From an uncultured Bifidobacterium sp. (GTDB lineage: Bacteria; Actinomycetota; Acidimicrobiia; Acidimicrobiales; Ilumatobacteraceae), in assembly GCA_964599815.1 (NCBI GenBank), contig CAZRHK010000002.1, positions 3,112 to 67,111 of the forward strand: 64,000 nucleotides of DNA, read 5' to 3'. The position numbers and the translations under genes are program-made. The notes beneath the pieces are model-generated. The model was not told where the DNA came from. It did not search any database and saw only the letters and a list, made by a program, of their open reading frames with translations. Every line of letters begins with the position of its first letter. Within the stretch, counting starts at the first letter, position 1. Below are positions 1 through 9,797 of this stretch, in pieces.

Positions 1-1269
1 AACGACACGCCTCGAACAATTGTGTGGGCGCAACCCGTAGAGGCGCCAAGTATCACGTTGAGTTCTAGTTCTGGTGTGGCAAATGTTGACAATGCTGTGA
101 GTTTGTATTCCATAACAAACAGTGGTGGAAACATCACGTCGTATTCCATCTCACCAAGTTCCTTGCCTTCAGGATTGTCTTTCTCTACATCAACTGGCCT
201 CATCACGGGAACACCGACAGTTACACAATCTGCAACGACGTACACCATCACGGCTCAAAACCCTGGTGGTTCGTCTTCGCGCACTTTTTCTCTTACCGTG
301 ACAGACCCGCCTGATGCCGTGATGCCTGTTCTCAGCACACCGGTTTCCACCTCTGATGGATTCACCATCTCAATCACGAACTATTCAGCTAGTTACAACT
401 ACGCATTGACTGCAACGAACGGTGCAAGTGTGACTCGGTCAGGTGCAGAAATACGCGTGACAGGACTTCAGGCATCGGCTACATCCACAGTGTCTGTTGT
501 TGCATCGCGCAGTGGTTATCGATCTGTCACTGCAACAGTGAATGGTCGCGCATCTGATCCAGTTGTCAGTACGACAACAACAATCGCAACTGGAGTTGTC
601 GCTCCGTCGTCCTCGGGGTCAGGGGGCAATGCTGGAATGAAAACTCCAGCCAACACACTTGTCGCCACATCGTCCACCACGTCAACGACAACGACAACAA
701 CAACGATTCCTGCACCCGATGTTCCGTCGGCGGAGCCTGGAGAAGGTGTTGTGATGGTGGATGGCAAGGCAACTAGTGCCACCGTGACGCGCGCGGACAA
801 CAAGATTTCTGTTGAAGCTGCGGGAATCAGCGTGACTTTCTCGGGAATATCTTCTGACGGCGACATCATTCCTCTTGATTCCGACGGGAATATGAGAGTT
901 GTCGGAAGTGATTCCGTTGCAGTAGACGGTTTCGGGTTTAAGCCAAACTCAGATGTTGAGGTGTGGATGTTCTCCACACCTCGTCTACTCGCAACCATCG
1001 AAACGGACTCGTCTGGTCGAATTGCCGACAACATCGTCCTCCCAGGGGTCCTAGCAGTGGGCGACCATCGATTTGTCTTGAACGGCCAAGCACAATCTGG
1101 TGATGATGCCACAGTTGGTCTTGGCTTAATCGTTGGATACGAAGGCGAAGGACTCTCAACTACTGGAAAGCTGCTCATCGCGTTGCCAATCGCATTGGCT
1201 GTCCTTGCAGGTCTCATCATTCCAACAGCTATTCGCCGTCGCAAAGATGACGAAGCCGCAACCCCATGA
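1..1269 (+). CDS. Cell-surface protein (5' end lies outside the window) with an Ig-like repeat, a Thr-rich linker and a C-terminal sorting-signal-like tail
   Basis: Frame 1 is open from base 1, with no stop before the listed Met at 22, so the gene probably starts upstream. 'SLPSGLSFSTSTGLITGTPT' is typical of putative-Ig/dystroglycan-type repeats. There is a poly-Thr linker (STTSTTTTTTT). The C-terminus reads LSTTG, then a hydrophobic helix, then RRRKDD. Confidence 0.7.
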   Translation, partial: NDTPRTIVWAQPVEAPSITLSSSSGVANVDNAVSLYSITNSGGNITSYSISPSSLPSGLSFSTSTGLITGTPTVTQSATTYTITAQNPGGSSSRTFSLTVTDPPDAVMPVLSTPVSTSDGFTISITNYSASYNYALTATNGASVTRSGAEIRVTGLQASATSTVSVVASRSGYRSVTATVNGRASDPVVSTTTTIATGVVAPSSSGSGGNAGMKTPANTLVATSSTTSTTTTTTTIPAPDVPSAEPGEGVVMVDGKATSATVTRADNKISVEAAGISVTFSGISSDGDIIPLDSDGNMRVVGSDSVAVDGFGFKPNSDVEVWMFSTPRLLATIETDSSGRIADNIVLPGVLAVGDHRFVLNGQAQSGDDATVGLGLIVGYEGEGLSTTGKLLIALPIALAVLAGLIIPTAIRRRKDDEAATP

Positions 1270-1412
1270 ATTGGGGAAATTGTTGAGCCTCACACTTCAA
1301 TACCGTCAAAATGCTGTCTGTTCGGAGAAGATTCATTCCGAGTCTCAACGTACGAGTAGGGTTGCATTCGTGATTTTTTCGCCTCTCACCTCCGAAATGA
1401 CTGGTGCACAGA

Positions 1413-1961
1413 ATGGCTAGGCGTTTCGGTTTCGGTAAGAAAGGCGGCTCTGGAGAAGACGGGGCTGGCTGGATCTACGCCGACTTGTTCCTGGCTCTCA
1501 TGGTTGTGGGCCTTGGCTCGGCAGTTATTACGTCGTCGTCGCCGTCCTCCGGCGCATCTGCAACCACTGCTCCAAAGACATTTCAATTGAGCTGCGCTGA
1601 ATTTGCTGTTCGAGTGCCTGGCAATGTTCGTGGCGGAGGTGCCCAAGTAGAGCAGGCGGTCGCGAGTGAGATTGCCAAGCGTGGTTGGACACCCGATTCA
1701 TCAAAGCCAGGTCTCGTCATTGTGATGGGTGGTTTTTCTGGAAGTGAAACTCCGGGCGCTGGTGACGGTCGCGCAAAGTCAATTCTTCCGCAGCTACGCG
1801 CATCAACTCCGTTGTTGCAACAGGTTGAAATGAGAACAGCCGGTGCGCGATCTGTTCGCGTGAACGGCGCAGAGACAACTGTCGGCGGGGCCGGGTCGTA
1901 CTTGATGGTCATGTATTTGTTATTCAGCGGTCCGCCGCTGACTGAAGATTGCACTCGTTAG
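1413..1961 (+). CDS. Hypothetical single-pass membrane protein with a MotB-like N-terminal TM motif
   Basis: Start placed at the ATG at 1413, in frame with the GTG at 1404. N-terminus is basic, then 'GWIYADLFLALMVVGLG' (W-x-YAD-hydrophobic), then a Ser-rich linker and a soluble domain. No OmpA-like domain was recognised. Confidence 0.5.
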   Translation: MARRFGFGKKGGSGEDGAGWIYADLFLALMVVGLGSAVITSSSPSSGASATTAPKTFQLSCAEFAVRVPGNVRGGGAQVEQAVASEIAKRGWTPDSSKPGLVIVMGGFSGSETPGAGDGRAKSILPQLRASTPLLQQVEMRTAGARSVRVNGAETTVGGAGSYLMVMYLLFSGPPLTEDCTR

Positions 1962-1969
1962 GAGTTCAT

Positions 1970-2410
1970 ATGCCAATGTCCGCACAAGCACATAGCGACG
2001 CAGTAGATGCAGTCGACAAATGGCTCACCATTTCCAAGCAAACAAATTCACTTGGTGCTAGCGCTCGCGTATTCGTTGACGATCTTCGCAACAATCGCAA
2101 CCAGCGTGAGTGGTCTCGCGTCAACGTTGAACAGATTTTGCCGTTCAAGTCTGAAACACCTCGACTGTTGCTAGTGATCCGCGCAGGCGCATTGTTCTTG
2201 CCGATTCTGCTTACATGGCTCGCGTTGTCGCAGGTCATTGGACCTTTCTCGTTGTATCTGCAGAACCAGCAAAGCAGTGCCAACTTCTTGTGGTTCTGGC
2301 AGACCAACCCTGGTGAAGCATTCGCAGAAGTGTGGTCACTGAGCCACGTGGCCCTCACAGACGCTGCAGTTCTTGCGTTTCTGACTGTGCTTGCCATGCG
2401 TATTACATGA
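1970..2410 (+). CDS. Hypothetical membrane protein (2-3 predicted TM segments)
   Basis: ATG at 1970 is preceded by GGAG (1961-1964) and lies 8 nt after the stop of the previous gene, so co-transcription is likely. Hydrophobic stretches are 'LLLVIRAGALFLPILLTWLALSQVIGPF' and 'AAVLAFLTVLAM'. Confidence 0.45.
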   Translation: MPMSAQAHSDAVDAVDKWLTISKQTNSLGASARVFVDDLRNNRNQREWSRVNVEQILPFKSETPRLLLVIRAGALFLPILLTWLALSQVIGPFSLYLQNQQSSANFLWFWQTNPGEAFAEVWSLSHVALTDAAVLAFLTVLAMRIT

Positions 2411-2475
2411 TGGGAAACCTCACGTGCCGAGCGCACCGAGAATACATATGCCGAAATGCTGTCGGCGTTGGAGTT

Positions 2476-3336
2476 CTATTTCGTTTCAGCTCGCGATAAC
2501 TGAGCAAGAACAGCAACTCCTACAAGTACCAATAAAGCACCAACAAATCGTGGTGCAGTGAGTTCCTCGTTTAAGAGTGTTACTCCAATCGCAATTGATA
2601 CAACTGGCTCAATTGTGCTGAGAACTGCAGACTCACCAGGGCCAATTCGTGATACTCCGGCGAAGAAGAATCCCATTGCAAGAATGGTGGACACCACCGA
2701 CGCCGCAGCAATTGCTATCCAACCTGTTGTGTCCGCGGGTAGAGATGGTCTTGTTACGACAAAAATGATTGAGTGAGCGGTGGCAGCTCCCACCATCACA
2801 TAGGCCAACGAGATGAATGCACCGGAATGCTGCACCACTTTGCTACTCACCAAGATGTAGCCGGAATACCAAATAGCAGCGCCGAGCATGAACGCAACAC
2901 CCATCCACGAGCCAGCCTGAACTTGACCCGCGGTGAGAGCCGTTCCGGCAACTGCAACTGCCAGACACACAGTGGTTGCACGCGACGGTTGATGGCGAAA
3001 CACCAGCCAACTCGCAAGGACTACGAACACTGGATATGAGTAAAAAATAACTGTTGCGAGGCTGATATCGATTCGGTCGACCCCGAAGAAAAAGAAACTT
3101 GCTTGTGGGGCATATCCAATGGCGCCCAACAGAAACAGTTGCCCCTCAATTTTTCGTGGAGGGCGGGGTTCATTTCGCTGCCGAGTGAAGCGGATGATCA
3201 ACATGAGGGTCGTTGCAATAACAAAACGTCCGAACAACATTCCAAAGGGTTCTGCACCGTGGTCGTATGCAATACGTGCAAACCATGGCAGCAAGCCAAA
3301 GGCAGCTCCGCTGATGAGAATGTAGAAAACGCCCAC
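2476..3336 (-). CDS. EamA/DMT-family transporter
   Basis: 286 aa with about 10 hydrophobic helices in two similar halves, the usual drug/metabolite transporter architecture. GTG start. Confidence 0.8.
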   Translation of the reverse strand: MGVFYILISGAAFGLLPWFARIAYDHGAEPFGMLFGRFVIATTLMLIIRFTRQRNEPRPPRKIEGQLFLLGAIGYAPQASFFFFGVDRIDISLATVIFYSYPVFVVLASWLVFRHQPSRATTVCLAVAVAGTALTAGQVQAGSWMGVAFMLGAAIWYSGYILVSSKVVQHSGAFISLAYVMVGAATAHSIIFVVTRPSLPADTTGWIAIAAASVVSTILAMGFFFAGVSRIGPGESAVLSTIEPVVSIAIGVTLLNEELTAPRFVGALLVLVGVAVLAQLSRAETK

Positions 3337-3361
3337 GTATCAAAGGTAGTGGGCGAGTGGA

Positions 3362-3706
3362 CTAACTCTCTGAGTCTTTCAATCGCTCGGCAATTTCTCT
3401 ATCGCGCTTCATGACGTTGCGAGCAAGAACTGTGCCCACAGTTCCAACACCGAGAATCATGATTCCGAATGTGAGGTATTGCAGTGATCCTCCGCGGTCG
3501 CCAGCTTGTTGCGGTTTCTTTCCGCATCCGGGCTTTGGAAGAAAGCCAATGCAATCTGACGGTTCCTTTTCAAGGTCGTACACATATGTTGAATCGGGTG
3601 ATTGCGGAATTGTTGTGTCGGTGACGTCTGCAGCGTGGGCAGAAGAGAGTCCGAACGGCGCAACAGTGAGAAGAACGGCACATGCTGAAACAGCGAGTCG
3701 GGGCAT
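3362..3706 (-). CDS. Small secreted/membrane-anchored hypothetical protein
   Basis: Start at the internal ATG ([13 protein letters not shown]...). It has a signal peptide ending AHA-AD, a Cys pair ([10 protein letters not shown]) and a C-terminal TM helix. Starting at 3727 is an alternative. Confidence 0.4.
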   Translation of the reverse strand: MPRLAVSACAVLLTVAPFGLSSAHAADVTDTTIPQSPDSTYVYDLEKEPSDCIGFLPKPGCGKKPQQAGDRGGSLQYLTFGIMILGVGTVGTVLARNVMKRDREIAERLKDSES

Positions 3707-3744
3707 GCCCCTATCGTCACACGCCAACTAGGGTGAAACAAATC

Positions 3745-5304
3745 ATGGGCGAAAATGCATCAAAAAGTCACGAAGTTGTTCTGGTAGTGGACTTTGGTGC
3801 GCAATATGCCCAACTCATCGCTCGACGAGTCCGTGAAGCGCAGGTGTACTCCGAGATTGTTTCGCACCGCATTACCGCAGCAGAAGTTGTTGCGAAAGCA
3901 CCAAGCGCAATCATTTTGTCTGGTGGCCCGAAGAGCGTCCACGTGGATGGAGCCCCAACACTCGATCCTCACATTTATGAACTTGGCATTCCCATTCTTG
4001 GAATCTGTTACGGGTGTCAACTAGTAGCTCAGCAATTGGGAGGCACTGTTGCCCGCGGAGGACGAGGCGAGTATGGGCGCGCCACATTGACTCGCAGTGG
4101 ATCATCGAAAGTGATTGCAGACGATGCGCCTTCAACACACGACGTGTGGATGAGTCACTTCGATTTCGTCAGTGAACTTCCAGAAGGGTTTACAACAACA
4201 GCATCAACTCCAGATGCACCACACGCTGTCATTGAGAATGACAACCGAAAAATTTACGGCGTGCAGTATCACCCCGAAGTTGTGCATTCATCGTTTGGTC
4301 AAGATCTACTTGTTCGTTTCTTGGTGGATGTAGCCGGATGTTCTCAAGACTGGACCATGGCAAACATCGTCGATGATCAAGTGGCGGCCATCAAAGCGCA
4401 AGTCGGTTCAGAGCGAGCAATTTGTGGCTTGTCGGGTGGTGTTGACTCATCGGTTGCCGCTGCACTCGTGCATCGAGCAATTGGAAGTCAACTCACGTGC
4501 GTCTACGTAGATACAGGCCTCATGCGTCGCGGTGAAAGCGAGCAAGTTGTTGAGACATTCCGCCGCAGTATGGGTATTGAACTTATCCATGTTGATGCCG
4601 GTCAACGATTCTTCGAAAAACTACAAGGCATCACCGAGCCAGAAGCAAAACGAAAAGCAATTGGCGAATTGTTTGTTCGTATTTTTGAAGAACACACTGG
4701 TGGAATCACCGACGCAAAATTCTTAGTGCAGGGCACGTTGTATCCAGACATTGTTGAAAGTGGCGGCGCAGACGGAACAGCAGCGGTCATCAAGAGCCAT
4801 CACAACGTTGGTGGACTACCAGATGACATGGAACTTGAACTTTGTGAGCCACTTCGTGCGTTGTTCAAAGACGAGGTGCGAAAAGTAGGAATGGAACTAG
4901 GGCTTGCAGACGACATTGTGTGGCGTCAACCATTCCCTGGTCCTGGTCTTGGTGTGCGCATTATTGGCGAAGTGACGCCAGACAAAGTTGTAACACTTCA
5001 ACACGCGGATGAAATTGTGCGACACGAAGTCAGAGACGCAGGTCTAGAACGAGAGATCTGGCAAGCATTTGCGGTTCTCGCCGACATTCGAAGTGTGGGA
5101 GTAATGGGTGACGAGCGCACCTATGGCCGACCCATCATCATTCGCGCCGTCACCAGTGATGATGCAATGACTGCAGATTGGGCGCGTCTTCCATATGACT
5201 TATTGGAAAAGATGTCGAATCGAATCATTAATGAAGTACCTGGCATTAATCGCGTGGTGTATGACGTCACATCGAAACCGCCGGGCACGATTGAATGGGA
5301 ATAG
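3745..5304 (+). CDS. guaA: GMP synthase (glutamine-hydrolysing)
   Basis: GATase-1 N-domain ([17 protein letters not shown] catalytic Cys), ATP-pyrophosphatase SGGVDSS motif, and the conserved C-terminus ...KPPGTIEWE. Start moved to the ATG at 3745, because the upstream extension overlaps the divergent gene. Confidence 0.97.
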   Translation: MGENASKSHEVVLVVDFGAQYAQLIARRVREAQVYSEIVSHRITAAEVVAKAPSAIILSGGPKSVHVDGAPTLDPHIYELGIPILGICYGCQLVAQQLGGTVARGGRGEYGRATLTRSGSSKVIADDAPSTHDVWMSHFDFVSELPEGFTTTASTPDAPHAVIENDNRKIYGVQYHPEVVHSSFGQDLLVRFLVDVAGCSQDWTMANIVDDQVAAIKAQVGSERAICGLSGGVDSSVAAALVHRAIGSQLTCVYVDTGLMRRGESEQVVETFRRSMGIELIHVDAGQRFFEKLQGITEPEAKRKAIGELFVRIFEEHTGGITDAKFLVQGTLYPDIVESGGADGTAAVIKSHHNVGGLPDDMELELCEPLRALFKDEVRKVGMELGLADDIVWRQPFPGPGLGVRIIGEVTPDKVVTLQHADEIVRHEVRDAGLEREIWQAFAVLADIRSVGVMGDERTYGRPIIIRAVTSDDAMTADWARLPYDLLEKMSNRIINEVPGINRVVYDVTSKPPGTIEWE

Positions 5305-5388
5305 CAAATAGTTTTTTCCCTTGTGTCACAAGGGCTTCAGCGTTTCTGAAGTAGAACGGTCGTTCTGCGCAACTACGGTGAGAGGGTC

Positions 5389-6489
5389 ATGAACGCGACC
5401 CGCTACCCCCGGGGATCTCACAGATCCGTTCTCGCCACGCTTCTTTCGTTGGCACTTGTGGTGTCGTTCGTTGTCTTTCCCACACGCGCATCAGCCGACT
5501 CCATTGACGAGAAGAGGCGCCAAGCCGAGGCCATTGCCGACCAACTTGAGAATCTTGTTGACCAAATGAACTCGCTTGGCGAGGACTATTCCGAATCGCT
5601 CGTTGAACAAGCAGATCTTGCTGTGGAAATTGAACAGGCGCAAGCAGACGTTGCCGCAGCAGAGGCGCAGTTGGCTCAAATGCGCGGGACCTTGTACATG
5701 TCTGCGGTAACGCAATTTATGCATGGCGGTCGAAACTCAACACTTACCAATCTGTTTGCATCCGCTGGCGGGGTACAAGATGCGCTGCAACGTGAACAGC
5801 TCACATCAATCGCAATGAACCAGGGTGCACTCACCACCGACTCTTTAGATGCAACTGCAACAGAGTTAGTGAAGAAGAAATCCGTGTTGGAGAAGAAACG
5901 TCAGCGTGCTGAAAGTGTGGCTGAATACGTTTTGAAGCGAAAGAACGCAGCGGAAGAATTATCGGCCAAGTACCAACAACTGCAGTCATCAGTACAAGGC
6001 GACTTGGCAGATCTGTTGCGCGAAGAACGCGCTCGACGCGAGCGCCAAGCATTGGAAGATGCGCGTCGCGAAGAGGCTGGGTTCAAGAGCAAGTACTCAT
6101 CGCTACAGAAGAAGTACGGCAACATTCCATCTGTATCCGCACGTGCTCAAACCGCTGTTCGCGCTGCATTGTCCCAGCTTGGTGTTCCTTATCGATATGG
6201 CATGAGCGCACCTGGTCGCGCGTTCGACTGTTCTGGACTCACCACGTATGCGTGGGGCAAAGCAGGAGTCGGTTTGCCGCGTAACTCTCGTCGTCAATAC
6301 AACGCATTGCCAAAGATTCCTAAGCAATTTGCACAACCAGGAGACCTCATCTTCACTGGATCTCCCATCCATCACGTTGGTATTTATCTCGGAAACGGAA
6401 CCATGGTGCATGCACCGCAAACTGGTGATGTGGTGAAGATTGGTCCTATTCGTTGGTGGAAGGTCGTTGGCGTCGTACGTCCGCGATAA
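5389..6489 (+). CDS. NlpC/P60 (C40) peptidoglycan endopeptidase with a coiled-coil N-domain (RipA-like)
   Basis: Signal peptide, a long Ala/Glu/Gln-rich coiled-coil region, and a C-terminal NlpC/P60 core with 'FDCSGLTTYAW' (catalytic Cys) and 'HHVGIYLGNGTMVHAP' (His). Confidence 0.9.
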   Translation: MNATRYPRGSHRSVLATLLSLALVVSFVVFPTRASADSIDEKRRQAEAIADQLENLVDQMNSLGEDYSESLVEQADLAVEIEQAQADVAAAEAQLAQMRGTLYMSAVTQFMHGGRNSTLTNLFASAGGVQDALQREQLTSIAMNQGALTTDSLDATATELVKKKSVLEKKRQRAESVAEYVLKRKNAAEELSAKYQQLQSSVQGDLADLLREERARRERQALEDARREEAGFKSKYSSLQKKYGNIPSVSARAQTAVRAALSQLGVPYRYGMSAPGRAFDCSGLTTYAWGKAGVGLPRNSRRQYNALPKIPKQFAQPGDLIFTGSPIHHVGIYLGNGTMVHAPQTGDVVKIGPIRWWKVVGVVRPR

Positions 6490-6510
6490 AACCAACTACG
6501 GTCATTCCCC

Positions 6511-7527
6511 ATGCAGGGGATAGACGAACCACGCGTAGAGACATGGCTCAATAGCAACATCAACGGTGCTGAGGGGCCATATACGTATTCGCTGATTGCT
6601 GGAGGTCGAAGCAACCTCACCTTCCGCGTCACTGACGCAAACGGAAAGCAGATGGTGTTACGTCGACCACCAATGGGTCACGTATTAGCAACAGCACACG
6701 ACATGGCGCGAGAACATCGATTGATGACTGCAGTGGGAACAACAAATGTTCCAGTTCCACAAACCCTTGGCTTGTGTACAGATGAAGAAGTAAATGGTGC
6801 ACCGTTCTACGTCATGGATTACGTGCCAGGAGTTGTTTTGGATAGTCCTGAAAAGGGCCACTTGCTGCCGGAGAATCTTCGCACTTCTGCGTCCGAGCAT
6901 CTTGTTGATGTACTTGCAGATTTGCACGCCGTTGATGTTGATGAAGTGGGCCTTGGGAATTTGGCCAAGCGTGAGGGCTATGTAGAACGGCAAGTAAAGA
7001 GATGGTCCACACAGTGGGACAATTCAAAAACACGCGAACTTCCAGCAATTGAAGAAGTAGCGCGCCTCTTGGCGCAAGGCATTCCTCAACAACAAGGTGT
7101 TGCTATTGCGCACGGTGATTATCGCTTCGGCAATTGTTTGACGAATGTAGAAACAGGGAAGATTGCCGCAGTGCTCGATTGGGAGTTGTGCACACTTGGT
7201 GACCCACTTGCAGACCTTGGATATATCGGCATCTATTGGACTGATCCAGGTATGCCATCGTTGCGTGTCAATGATCCGTCTGGCCTGCCAGGTTTCTGCA
7301 CGTTTGATCATCTTGTAGAGAGATACGCAACACGTACTGGCCGCGACGTTTCAAACATTTCGTACTACAAAGCTTTTGCAAGTTTCCGCTTAGCCGTTAT
7401 CGCCGAAGGCGTTTATGCGCGTTATCTGCATGGTGCCATGGGTGATCAGGAAATAGATCTTGAACCAATGAAGTTAAGTGTTGACAATTTGGCGGAGTCT
7501 GCTCTTCGCTCCTTGAAAGGACAATGA
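6511..7527 (+). CDS. Phosphotransferase (APH/choline-kinase fold) family protein
   Basis: Brenner-type motif 'HGDYRFGNCL' followed by 'LDWELCTLGDP'. The length and layout match APH-domain proteins that are often associated with acyl-CoA dehydrogenases. Confidence 0.8.
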   Translation: MQGIDEPRVETWLNSNINGAEGPYTYSLIAGGRSNLTFRVTDANGKQMVLRRPPMGHVLATAHDMAREHRLMTAVGTTNVPVPQTLGLCTDEEVNGAPFYVMDYVPGVVLDSPEKGHLLPENLRTSASEHLVDVLADLHAVDVDEVGLGNLAKREGYVERQVKRWSTQWDNSKTRELPAIEEVARLLAQGIPQQQGVAIAHGDYRFGNCLTNVETGKIAAVLDWELCTLGDPLADLGYIGIYWTDPGMPSLRVNDPSGLPGFCTFDHLVERYATRTGRDVSNISYYKAFASFRLAVIAEGVYARYLHGAMGDQEIDLEPMKLSVDNLAESALRSLKGQ

Positions 7528-8264
7528 CAATGGCACTTGAAGACTGGAGCAAAGGCTCGTTTACCGCGGCAACGCTTACTCGCGACACGTATCGCAAGGG
7601 AAGTGGACCTGTGGTGATTGTTGTTCATGAAATCCCAGGCATCACGCCAGCTGTTGAACGCTTTGCCAACGATGTTGTGAATGCAGGCTTCACGGTGGTC
7701 ATGCCAGACCTTGTTGGAACACCAGGGAAAAAAGTGTCTGGCGGCTACACCATCTCGTCCATGTTGAAAGTGTGTATCTCACGTGAGTTCACAAACATGG
7801 CATTGAACAAAACATCACCAATCATCTCGTGGTTGCGCGCACTATCACGGTCATTGCATCAAGAAGTGGGTGGCAAAGGTGTTGGAGCAGTAGGTATGTG
7901 TTTCTCGGGCGGATTCGCTCTTGGAATGATGGTGGACGACATCATGGTTGCACCGGTGTTGTCGCAACCGTCTATGCCGTTTGCAATAGGGAAGTCCCGT
8001 GCAGCAGACCTCAATCTCTCACCAGACGATGCTGCTGTGATTGCAGAGCGAGCAGCACAAGGGTGTCAAGTGCTTGGATTGCGATTCGATAAAGACAAAC
8101 TTGTAGGCGATCGCTTCGCGTCGTTGCGATCGTTACTTGGCGATGCTTTTATCGCAGTGGAAATTCCGTCTCGTTCTCCCAAAGACCACAGTGTTCTCAC
8201 TGAACAGCGTGACGAAGACAGCGTGCAACGAGTACTGCAGTTCTTTAGCGAGAAACTGAAGTAA
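7524..8264 (+). CDS. Dienelactone hydrolase family protein
   Basis: ATGA overlap with the upstream gene. Alpha/beta-hydrolase layout with a Cys nucleophile elbow 'GMCFSGG' and 'VVIVVHEIPG' near the N-terminus. Confidence 0.75.
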   Translation: MTMALEDWSKGSFTAATLTRDTYRKGSGPVVIVVHEIPGITPAVERFANDVVNAGFTVVMPDLVGTPGKKVSGGYTISSMLKVCISREFTNMALNKTSPIISWLRALSRSLHQEVGGKGVGAVGMCFSGGFALGMMVDDIMVAPVLSQPSMPFAIGKSRAADLNLSPDDAAVIAERAAQGCQVLGLRFDKDKLVGDRFASLRSLLGDAFIAVEIPSRSPKDHSVLTEQRDEDSVQRVLQFFSEKLK

Positions 8265-9041
8265 CTAACGCGGTCCGCCATCAATTGGCAGAAGAGTTCC
8301 CGTTGTGTAGCTACTAGCGTCGCTTGCTAGGTACAACGCTGCGCCAACAATTTCATGTGGTTCGCCACCGCGCTGCAACATGTATGCGGTCTTTGCGCGT
8401 GCTGCAAATTGTTCCATGTCCCACGCTTTTGAAATGTCGGTGAAAAACGGACCCGGCACCAGACAATTCACACGCACATGTGGCGCAAACGTACGCGCTA
8501 ATCCCATGGTGAGATTGTTAATGCCTGCTTTGGCCGCACCGTAGATGACTTCGTTTGGAGACGGACGAGTGCTTGCAATGGATGACACGTTGATAATGGA
8601 TCCACCGCGAATAGTGCCGTTTGTCTGTGGTGTTGTCATGTGGGTTCCAATGAGTGCAGACAATCGGAATGGTCCCTTTAGGTTCACGCCAAGAACTTTG
8701 TCGTAGAGATCTTCTGATACATCAACGAGCGATGAATACAACGGAGACATTCCTGCATTGTTCACAAGAATGTCAATTGTTCCGAATTCTGCAATGGACG
8801 ATTCTGCAAGTCGAGTTGCATCATCCCACGACGCGGCGTGATAACCAACTGCAAGGGAACGGCGACCCAGTGCACGCACCTCATTAGCAACAACTTCACA
8901 ATTCTCAATTTTGCGACTTGCAACAATCACGTTGGCTCCGTGCTCCGCAAACGCAAGTGCCATTTCGCGACCCAGGCCACGGCTGCCGCCGGTGATGAGA
9001 GCCGTTTTCCCATCAAGCGAAAAAAGATTGTTGGTGCTCAT
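8265..9041 (-). CDS. SDR-family oxidoreductase (FabG-like)
   Basis: 'TGGSRGLG' cofactor motif, 'NNAG', and catalytic 'YGAAKAG' (YxxxK). Confidence 0.9.
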   Translation of the reverse strand: MSTNNLFSLDGKTALITGGSRGLGREMALAFAEHGANVIVASRKIENCEVVANEVRALGRRSLAVGYHAASWDDATRLAESSIAEFGTIDILVNNAGMSPLYSSLVDVSEDLYDKVLGVNLKGPFRLSALIGTHMTTPQTNGTIRGGSIINVSSIASTRPSPNEVIYGAAKAGINNLTMGLARTFAPHVRVNCLVPGPFFTDISKAWDMEQFAARAKTAYMLQRGGEPHEIVGAALYLASDASSYTTGTLLPIDGGPR

Positions 9042-9766
9042 GTTGATTCCTTTGCGATGTATTCAGGATGGGAAAAGGTGCTGAGAGTTTTTGTGATGGA
9101 GGCGGTGCCGGACGAGAGAAGATGTCTGGCCAGCAAACCTTTTGCTGCTTTGGCGTTGTGGCCACCAACCACCGCGCCTTTCTTTGACACCAAGTCAATA
9201 CGAATCGCCGTGGGTAGTAGTTCCCAATTGAATGCGGCTTTATGTTCGTTGGGCAACAAATCAAGGACGGGAGTTTTTCGAATCTGGGAGACGAAGGCAT
9301 CGGTGAGGTCATCTCTCCACCACGTCGACATCAGCCCGAATGGCGACAGCCGAGCGCCCATCTTCAATCGATAATCGGGGAGTGGGTCATCGGCACGAAC
9401 AAGCCCTGCAACGCCAGAGGGGACAAAGATCCGCTTCACTGCTGCTGTTCGAGACGCCGTAGGAAACGAAGCGAGGTCCAGGTGGTCCCACACCACGCCG
9501 GTGTATCGCTGCCAGGCGGGGAGAGTGGGAGACCCGATGAGAGCACGGTTTTGCGCCTGTGCATGTAAGAGGTGAGCCCCTTTCACTCCCAATAGCTTCT
9601 GGTCTCCGCCCTTGGTGGCAAGAAGTTGGTGAGCAACCATGGCCCGATAGTCCGCGAGTGCATCACCGAATACACCCGATTCTCCAGACCAGGGCTTTCG
9701 AGCATTTCCGCCAGTGGCTTTCCCTTCAGACGGGGGCAGAAGAATCACGAAAGGTGTTGCTCCCAT
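9038..9766 (-). CDS. yaaA: Peroxide stress protein YaaA (UPF0246/DUF328)
   Basis: N-terminal 'ILLPPSEGK' signature and about 240 aa in length. ATGA overlap with the downstream SDR gene. Start taken at the internal ATG at 9766. Confidence 0.8.
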   Translation of the reverse strand: MGATPFVILLPPSEGKATGGNARKPWSGESGVFGDALADYRAMVAHQLLATKGGDQKLLGVKGAHLLHAQAQNRALIGSPTLPAWQRYTGVVWDHLDLASFPTASRTAAVKRIFVPSGVAGLVRADDPLPDYRLKMGARLSPFGLMSTWWRDDLTDAFVSQIRKTPVLDLLPNEHKAAFNWELLPTAIRIDLVSKKGAVVGGHNAKAAKGLLARHLLSSGTASITKTLSTFSHPEYIAKEST

Positions 9767-9797
9767 AGTGTTGTTCCCCCTTCTTTCCACCTACGCT

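Noticed and set aside
516-1244. A 242-aa minus-strand ORF antisense to the surface-protein gene.
   Set aside because: It is the mirror image of a well-supported plus-strand gene. Its poly-Val run is just the reverse complement of the poly-Thr linker, and it has no recognisable domain or SD.
2408-2503. The TGA stop at 2408-2410 is followed by 30 further in-frame sense codons (WETSRAERTENTYAEMLSALEFYF...), which suggested read-through, recoding or a sequencing error.
   Set aside because: A 30-codon open stretch after a stop is expected by chance fairly often. The stretch overlaps the 3' end of the convergent EamA gene, and there is no supporting recoding signal.
5305-5388. A possible cyclic-di-AMP (ydaO-type) riboswitch upstream of the NlpC/P60 hydrolase, as occurs before cell-wall hydrolase genes in other actinobacteria.
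   Set aside because: Only 84 nt are available and the motif needs well over 100 nt. I see only two small tandem hairpins (CCCTTGT/ACAAGGG and CTTCAG/CTGAAG), which are more simply explained as guaA 3'-end structures.
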